DNA of 64,000 bases from a virus: positions 14,137-78,136 of the IMG/VR virus record IMGVR_UViG_3300032770_000018. One strand, given 5' to 3'. A model generated the notes under the pieces. It was not told where the DNA came from. It saw only the letters and a list, made by a program, of their open reading frames with translations, and searched no databases. A program made the translations under genes and the position numbers. Shown here piece after piece: positions 47,901-56,900 of the stretch. Position 1 is the stretch's first letter, and each line of letters opens with the position of its first letter.

Positions 47901-50900
47901 GACGGTACCGCCGCGGTAATCCTCGGGGCAACCATGCAGCCGCAGCAGAAGGTGGTCAAAGGCGCACAGTGGGTTTTCGAGAATTACCTCTATGGCCACT
48001 ATCACGTTGCCGCAAACTTTGAAGTCTCTGGCGATCTCTACGCCAAGCAGGGAACGAAGTGGCCGATTCGGGTGATCATCATTGCCGGGCGCCGGGCGAC
48101 TCCGCTGACGGGCGAGCTGGCGCCGGCGAGCGTGCAACGCCTGGGCATGTTCGACGAACTATGGACCCAGGCCGAAAGGACTCACGATGACGTTGTTAGA
48201 GCAAAAGAAGCCCTGGTGTCCGGTCGAGAGCCCGGACTACCTGTGCCTGCTGGGGCCAAACCAGGCCCCGCCAAAGGACAAACTCCGGTTCCTCTTCCTC
48301 CAACAGGACCTCCTGGAACTCCTGGTAAAGGAGGCAAGCCACAACGAGGTGGAGGAGGCAAACCGACGCCTGCTGGAAAACCTACAGGAGGACTTCCTGG
48401 TCAACCTCCCGTGCAAGCTCCTGGCGGACCCGGCGGGACCCCACCAACTGCTGTTCAACCCGGCGCCGGAGGGGACAAAACTGTCGGAGTGGAAGGAGGA
48501 ACTCCCGGAAAAACTGGCGCTCCCGGAAATGCCCCAGGCGCAGGCGGCGGCGCTGGCAAAGAGCCTCAGCCTGGAAAGCTTCCTGGCAAGGGTCCTGTAA
48601 GGGGCGGCCGAAAGGCTGACGACCTCTCCGGGATGGCCGACGATGAGTTGGATAACCTACTCGACGCGGCGGTCCAGGAGAATCAGCCGGCTCCGGCTCA
48701 GGCACCGAAAGCGGCGCCGGCGCCGAAGGCATCAACCTCGGGCCAACGCGGCGGCGCGCTTCCCGGCGGCAAGGCCCAGGCGCCGAAGCCTGCGCCAGCG
48801 CCGAAGCTTTCGGACGCAGCCAAAGACGCGGCCAAGGCGTTCGACGAAGGGATGAAAGGCCTTAACGACCTCTTCGGAGGCGGAGGGCTGGTTGGTAGTG
48901 GGCCAGCGTTCAACGAAGACACCTACCAGAAGGCCAAGGGCCATTTCAAACAGGCATACGACGCGTTTGTGAGCATGGGTCGCACACTCAAGGAGTTCGT
49001 GGCCGAGTGTCTGCGCCGCTGGGGCAATAACGTGCGGGACTACATCCGCCGGTTCATCAAGGACATGCAGGCCGAACAGGAGGCCAAGACGGAGATCGAA
49101 CCGGGGAAGGCCAACGCCTTGCAGGATGTTTACGAGCCGCGCTCGGAGGCGACGCCGCTGGGAACGCTCACTCCGAAGAACATCTCGGTCGGGGAGCACG
49201 CGGCGCTCGATGCCCTCAAAGCCCGGGTTGGTTCGCTCGACAACTACGTGGCGGACAAGCTCAATATGCAGCCGGACGAGGTGAAACAGGTCCTGGCCGG
49301 CGAGCAGGTTGACGGCGTGGCACAGGGGATTAACCAGGTCGAGACCGGAGGGGCGGTCATTATCGGAGACCAAACGGGTATCGGTAAAGGGCGCCAGGGA
49401 GCCGGGATGCTGCGATACGGCATCGTTAATGGAGCGGTCGCCGTGTTCATGACCAAGGACCCGAAGCTCTTCTCAGACATGCACGGGGACCTTGCGGACA
49501 TCCACACGCAGATCCGTCCATTCATCATGGGCAGTCCGGCAAAGGCCAGCATCGTCGGCAGGGACGGCCAGGTGATCCACCGTGCTCCCGGGCTTGAGGT
49601 CCAGCGGCGCGAAATGGCACGCATTCTCCAGGGCGGCTGGGCCAACAGTGGCTACAACTGCATCTTTCTCACCTACTCGCAGGTCAACGATCGGAACGAA
49701 CGGCAGCAGTTCCTCGAGCGGTTGGCGGCTACCAATCCCACGCTGATCGTGATGGATGAGGCTCACGAGGCGGCTGGCGACTCGGGAAGCTCGATGCAGG
49801 CGGCATTCATCACCGGCGGTCAGGTCCAGCGCGGGTCGGGGGCGCAGCGGAAGACCATCACGGTACCCGGACTACTCAACCAGCAGGGAACCCGAACGGC
49901 GCCGGGCGGGGTGGTTTACATGAGCGCCACTTTCGCCAAACGGCCGGAGAACATGGCGTGCTATTTCCGCACGGCCCTCAGCCGCTCGGCCCAGAACTTC
50001 AATCAGATCGTCCAGGCAATGAAACGCGGCGGGGTCGCGCTGCAGCAGGCGGTGAGTGAGGCGCTGGCCAAGGCCGGCCAGTACATGCGGCGCGAGCGCG
50101 ACTTCTCCGGCGTGCGCTACGACATGAAAACCATCAAGGTCGCCGGCGAGGGGGCTTTGAAAGGTGAGGTTGACGAGGTTACCGAGGTACTGAGCCAGAT
50201 CGTGGATTTCAGCCACAAAATCCGCGACCGCGTGCAAGCCCAGGGCGGAGGCGCGAGCAGCACCGCCATGACAGCCGCCCAACAGGACATGACGGATTTC
50301 GCGGCCATCGTTCACAACCAGATTTCCCAGTTGCTGCTTGCCGCCAAGGCGGACGCGGTCGTTCAGGAAGCGATCGCGGCCAAAGCGAAGGGCGAGAAAC
50401 CAGTCATCGCCCTGATGAACACGATGGAGACGTTCCTGGATAACTACACGACCGACCACGACATCCAGCCCGGGCACGCCATTAAGCTCGGCTGGCAGGA
50501 GTTGCTGAAGTACGCGCTGACTCGCACGCTTCGGGTGACGGAAAAACTACCCAACGGCGACAAGAACATCTACTCGGTTGACCCGGAGGAATTCGGCCTG
50601 GGCGACGCCTACCGCGCGGTCGAAGCGGCGGCCGACGCCATCTCCAGCAAGTTCCCAGTCTCGCCCATTGACTACATCATCCAGCGGCTAAAGGCGGCTG
50701 GCGTCTCGATGGTCGAGCTTACCGGCCGGCAGAGCGGCATCGAATATACCGACTTTGAGAAAAACGAGGGCATTTACCGGACGTTCAAAAAGGCGAACAA
50801 GAACCAGGTGGTTAACGGGTTCAACGGCGGGAAGTACGACGGGATGCTCCTTAATGCCAGCGGTAGCACCGGCCTGAGCGCCCACGCGAGCACCACCTTC

Positions 50901-53900
50901 GATGATAAGCGCCCCCGCCACATGATGATCGTGCAGCCGGCGCTGGACATCAATGTCTTCATCCAGACGCTGGGCCGCATCCTGCGCACTGGGATGGTGA
51001 AGCTGGGACTCGGGGAGGATGGCCAGCCATACGGCGCGCGCTACAGCCATTTGGTTTTGCCGCTACAGGCCGAGTTGCGGCCGGCGGCTATGGCAGCAAA
51101 GAAGATGAAGAGCCTCAATGCCAACACGACGGCAGAGGCCGACGCGGCGATCAAGATCGAGGCGGAGGACATCTTCAACCGCTATGGCGACCGCATCTGC
51201 GCAGAGTTCCTGGACCAGCACCCCGACATTCAGCGCCTGCTCGAACTGCCGATTGATGTGAACGACGACGGGACGGTTGAGGTTCCGCGCGACGTGGCTC
51301 GCAAGATGACCGGCCGGATGGCGCTCATGCCCGATGAGGACCAACGCAAAGCCTACGAGGAGCTCATGCCGGCCTACCGGACGCTCATCGAGCAGTTGAA
51401 GGCGACGGGCGAGTACGACCTGGAGATTGTCGTGCACGACGACTGGGATGGTATCCAGCGCGACGATCAGGAGCTACAGGCCGGGACCGACGACAGCAAT
51501 ATCTTCACCGCCGGAGTGAGAATGCAGCGGTGGGAGGTGCGCGATATGCGCCATGTCCCCACCGGACAGGAGATGGAATCCGAATTCAAGCGCGTGTTGG
51601 GCAGCAAGGCGAAGGTCCTGGAGACCTGGAGAGAGGTCCGGGTGAAGGGCGACAAGCGGATCGAAGATGCCCAGGCGACGCTCGCGCGTCAGCAGGCCGA
51701 ATGGGATGCCGCCGACAAGCGCAAGGACCAGATGAGCGAGGCCGAGGCGCAGGGCCACATGGCACAGGGCGTCCACCTCGCGGGGATGCGCGGCATCGTT
51801 GACAGCATGGCCCATCGCTGGGACCACGCGAAGGGTTTGGTGGACAGCCTGCTTGAGCGCGCGGGCCAGGTTGTGGAGCTGACCAACCCGGAGACGGGCG
51901 ACGCTTTCAACGGGATGCTGGTGGACGTGAAATACCCGACCGGCAAGCGCTATACGATGGCGGCTTTTCGGTTCAAGTTTCTGCTCCATTCCCCCGGCGG
52001 GGTGGCCTACATCACCGGCGCTCAGTTCGGGGGCGGCCTCTGGAACATCGATCAGAGTGATAAGGAAGTGGCGGACCTGGGGCCCGGCGACAAGAACGCG
52101 CGTTACCAGCGGTGGTTCATCACCGGCAACCCCATCGGCGGGTACGTCGCCACTGGGGGCCGCGGCAAAATGGTGCGCTTCAAATCTCAGGATGAGCGGA
52201 CGATTACTGGCCTGATGATGCCCACGAACTGGGGGCCGCAGAATTTGGCCAATGACCCGAGGCTGGACCTCATCAGCGGGGCCGCCGTCAGACACTTTCT
52301 CAACAACTACGGGATGGTTGGGCGCAACGGCGTGCCACTCGAATGCGGGAACGTCTGCCGGTTGACGCGCCAATCTTGGGGCTCGCGCAGCTACACCATC
52401 AGCGTGCCGGCCGCCCGGAGCACCGGCTCTCCGATCTATCTCGACCGGGAACTGCGGCGGACCACCGGCGACTTCACCAAGACCGGCAGCCGGATGACCG
52501 CCAACGTGGACGATGACGACATCAACAAGGTGGCCGACCGGATCATGGCGATCACCAAAGCGCGGTTCCGGCCGGTCGGGGATACTGAGAGGCTAATTCC
52601 GCAAGTGTCGGAGTCCAATCGGCGTGGCCGTCCAAGGCAGGGCGCGCTGGCGTTGCGGCAGGCCGGTGGGGTTGATGTCTCAATGGAGGGCAAGACCTTC
52701 ATCCTGTCTCGACCGGGCGTCCCAATCCAGGGGCTTCCAGCTTTCCACGGGACACCGCACGACGTTGACCGATTCTCGCTGGATAAGATTGGCACCGGGG
52801 AAGGTGCGCAGGTTTACGGCTGGGGGCTTTACTTCGCAGAGCGTGCCGAAGTGGCTCACAAATACAGAAAAGCTCTGACTTTGCAAAATTGGCGATCTCT
52901 TGAGGATTTAGCGTCTCTTTTGGTTACTGAGACTGGGGGTGATAAGCAAGCGGCAAAAGACCTGGCCAATACCCGCCTGAATCAGTCCCATATCAAAGCG
53001 TTTCAGGATGTTATCCCGCTAATAGATTCCGCGAAACAGCGCGGCAGCCTCTACAGTGTTGACCTCGACGTTGAGCCGGAGCAGTTGCTCAATTGGGATA
53101 AGCCATACATCGAACAATCCCCGGAGGTTAGGCGGCGGCTTGAAGAATCCGAATTAGGTCCTTGGATCAGGGCTAACCGCCCCAACATCGGAAACATCTA
53201 CGAGCGTTTATCGGAGCTTTTTAAGTCCCCCGCCAAGAACCTGCCCGATTGGGTAATTGAGTCTGAGATGTTCCGGGGTGAGAGCATGGTGGGAAGCGAC
53301 AAAAAGGCATCAGAATTTCTCAACTCGTTGGGCATCAAAGGCATTCGTTACCTTGACCAGGGAAGCAGGAGCCTGCCGCCGGTTCAGGTTGTCAAAATGG
53401 GAGACGGAAAATTCGGGGTTCTTTGGGGAAGCGATCCTGTGCCTGTTAATGGAAAATTCTACGAGACTGAGGAGCAGGCGCAGAAGGTCGCGGACGATGT
53501 CGCAATTAAGCCGACCTACAATTACGTCATCTTCGACGAGAACTCGATTAAGATCACCCACAAGAACGGCGAGCCAGTCACCGCCGACGAGATGCGGCAG
53601 GCGTCCCTCAAGAGCGCGGCAGACAATAGCCAGGAAGCCGCGCGCGCTGGCGTCCGGGAGGCTATGGGCCCATCAGACCTTCGGCGGATGATTAACGCGC
53701 CGGACGCCGGCTTGCCCGACGAGGCGGTCAATCTGCTCAACGAGTTTCTCGACAGCCCGCTCGCCGATTACTTGGAAGGCGTGAGGCTCCGGATTGCCGA
53801 CACCCTGGCCGACGGCTGGCAGGGCAGCTACTTCGAGAAGCTGGCGGAACTGGCGAGGACGGCTGACCCGCTAACCGGCATTCACGAGTTCCTGCACCGC

Positions 53901-56900
53901 ATATGGGAGATCCTCCCGCCAGACATCCAGAAGGAATTCGAGCGCCTGCGCGTCGAGGGACTCCGCAAGATGCTCGAGGAAGCGGTGGCGGCCGGACAGA
54001 TGGAACGGGCCAAAGCCATTCAGGACCTGATCGCCCGGCCAACCGCCGGCGCCGAGGAATTCCTGGCGCGCGGCTACCCGTCGATCCTGCTCAAGGACCT
54101 CTATCCGTATTCCAGCGCGGAGGAGAATTTCACCCACAGCGGCAGCGCGCGATTCAAGGAACGCGTGGGCTCTATGGTCGAGGGCTTCTGGTCGAGGGTT
54201 AAGCAGATCATCAGCGACTTCATCGCTGCTCTGAAGAAGGCGCTTAGGCTCAAACAGAATCAGGCACAGTGGCTGGACAACGTTCTACGTGGAAACTTCG
54301 ACCCCGCCGAGGCCGAGGATGTTTCCCGCGTTGAGCGCCAGGGCGCGCTGGGGGCCACGCCTCCCGAAGAATCGGAGCGTGCGGCGGCGATCAAGCGCGC
54401 TGAGGTGGAAGAGGAGCAGGAACAACCCGGAGTGCCGACCCAGGTCTTTGGCACGGTGGACCACGTTCGGGCACGCGAGCAGATAACCCCAAGCTCAATG
54501 GCCGACAGCATCGCCCACGCCGAATCTGTCTTTAAGCAGGCGGGTGTCCCATTCATCCGGGAGACCAACGGGCTATTGACCATCCAGCAAACCGGGTTCG
54601 AGATGAACGCTGAGGGCCGCAAGCTGCTGGACCTGCTGCGCCAGGAGATTGCGACTAAGAACCAACCGGGTAAGGCTGGTGACCTGCTGGCCGACCTGCT
54701 GAACACCATCGTCTATAACTTTCACCAGGGCACGATGTCGGAGTTCGAGCGGCCACTGAGGGAGGAGCTTTACGAGCTGGCTCAGTCTGACCGCAGCCAG
54801 CGTGGGCTCCAGCTTGGCGCTCTGGCGCTCTTCCGGCCCGACCTCGACTTCGTGGCCAAGAACGTGGATGTCGTGCTTCACCGCGTTTACTCGGACGCCT
54901 TCGGAGGGACAGAGATTGCCAGCGTGCTTAAGCGCGTGATGGAGAACTTCCGGCAGTATTTCACCGACGATGAGATCCGAGCGGCGCTGGCGAGCGCACC
55001 CGGGCTGGTTGACCTCGTGGACAAGATCATCGCGCTCAACCGTCGGGATGAGGGCGGCCGGGTTTACCGGCGGGTGCAGGCGATGCTCAAGCCCAAGAAC
55101 AAAAAGAAACTGAGCGCCCTCGAAGGCGACGCCAGGGTCCAAGAGGCGGTTGACCAGATCATCGAGAATGCGCGGCTGCTGGGTATTGAGCCGCAGAAGT
55201 CGCCTAACCCAAAGCTTTCGCCGTTGCACCGGCTGCTCCTGATGGTCACTCCAGGCAATGCCGATAAAATTGACGACCTCATCAGCCGAGCGGTCGCCGA
55301 GGGCGAGCGTAACGCCGGCATCAAGTGGGCGCTACGCCAGACCAAGACGCCGGATGAGCGCGCGGAGGCCGAGGCGCGGTTTGCCGCCGGGGAGGAACCG
55401 ACCGAGGACATGGTCGAGCAAGGGTTGGACCTCCCGGAGTTCGCCCACTGGCGGGCGCTTCGCGACGATTTGCTGGGCTACGAGCCGACGACCCTGAAGC
55501 TGGTTCAGGACCTGATCCGCGGCGACTTCAAGGGCACGCGCTTTGGCAAGCCGGAGAACCGACCAGCCGACACACGGCTGGACCTTAACAAGCTGGCGAC
55601 GCAGCCGGAGGAGGAGGTCCGCAGGGTTCTCGACGCCTACCTGGATAACATCGAGGCCAACATGGACGTCCGGAAGGCCGACGAGGATACCCAACAACGG
55701 GTGCGCGAGATGGTCGAGCGGGAGGTTGCCCACCAACTAGAGCAGGCCCGCGAGCGGTTCCGAAGCCCGATGTTCGCCCCGCCGAAGGACCCGCGCACCG
55801 CCCTAACGCCACAGCAGCAGATGGCCAAGCTGGTCAACGCCGGCCTATTCCGCGACCCGCGGGCTAACCTTGCAGAGATGGTCCAGCGCGTGGCCGCCAA
55901 ATCGCGCGTCGCACGGCTTACACCTGGGCTTCCCGATTTGGTCAAGCAGGTGTTCCAGACGCCGTTCTATCGGCAGTCTGACCTAGCCAAGCGCTTTGCC
56001 GACGACCTGGTCAACCGGCTGGGCGTCGCGCCTGAACAGGCGCAGAAGGCCGCTGAGGTGTTCGCGCAGGCATTCGACTCGCGGTTCACCCGGGCCAAAG
56101 AGCTTGCCCAGAAGCAGGTGGTGGCCTCCTTCACGCCGCTGGACAGGTCGGTCATTAAACCCGGCCGCCCGATCTGGCAGAAGATCGAGCGGGCGGTCAA
56201 CGCCGGGGTGTTCGACGCCGGCGAAGTCCTCAGGGAGATCGCGCGATCCCGCGGGTGGTCCATCCCGACCGACGCCCAGATCGCCAAGATGAAGGCGCTT
56301 TCCGAGCGCGAGCAGCGGTTACGCGACCTCACGACGGCTGAGCAGGCGGCGGCCGGTGACCGTCCAGAGGACATCGCCAAAGCCAAAGCCGAAAAGGCGG
56401 CAGCCACCCTCGAGGAGCGGGCGGCCCTTCACAAGCAGATGGGTGTCATGTGGTCGCGGATGACCCGGCCTATCTCCTGGGCCCACTGGTGGTCAACGCG
56501 CCGCAACTTCGCAGCCGCGCTCAACGAGCTTGAGACAGGCAATCTCCTGCTCAAGGTTGGTTTCCCGTTCCGGCTGGGCATCCACATCCTCACCCAGGGC
56601 GCGATGCACACGCCGACCCGAGCGATGGCCGCGGCGGTAGAACGCTGGCTGGCGGACCGCTCGGCGGCGCGCGAGACCAACCTTTGGCGTGACCTGCACC
56701 AGGCGGTCTCCGACGCCTACAAGCAGCGGCTGGCCGCATGGCGCCCGGCGCTGGTGTCGGCCAGGGCGGCGCTCGCGGGTCGTGGCGAAGCCCGCAACGT
56801 GGACAGGCTGATGACCGGCATCCAAGCGCTCGAACGGGCGTCCAGCCTGGCCGACGAGCTATCGGCACAGGGCAAATTCGCCCAAGCGTTTGTCGTCCGG

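Noticed and set aside
53257-53691. Third nested +1 ORF in the giant gene
   Set aside because: Arg/Ser-rich shadow-like sequence, no SD, and it overlaps a conserved domain rather than a linker
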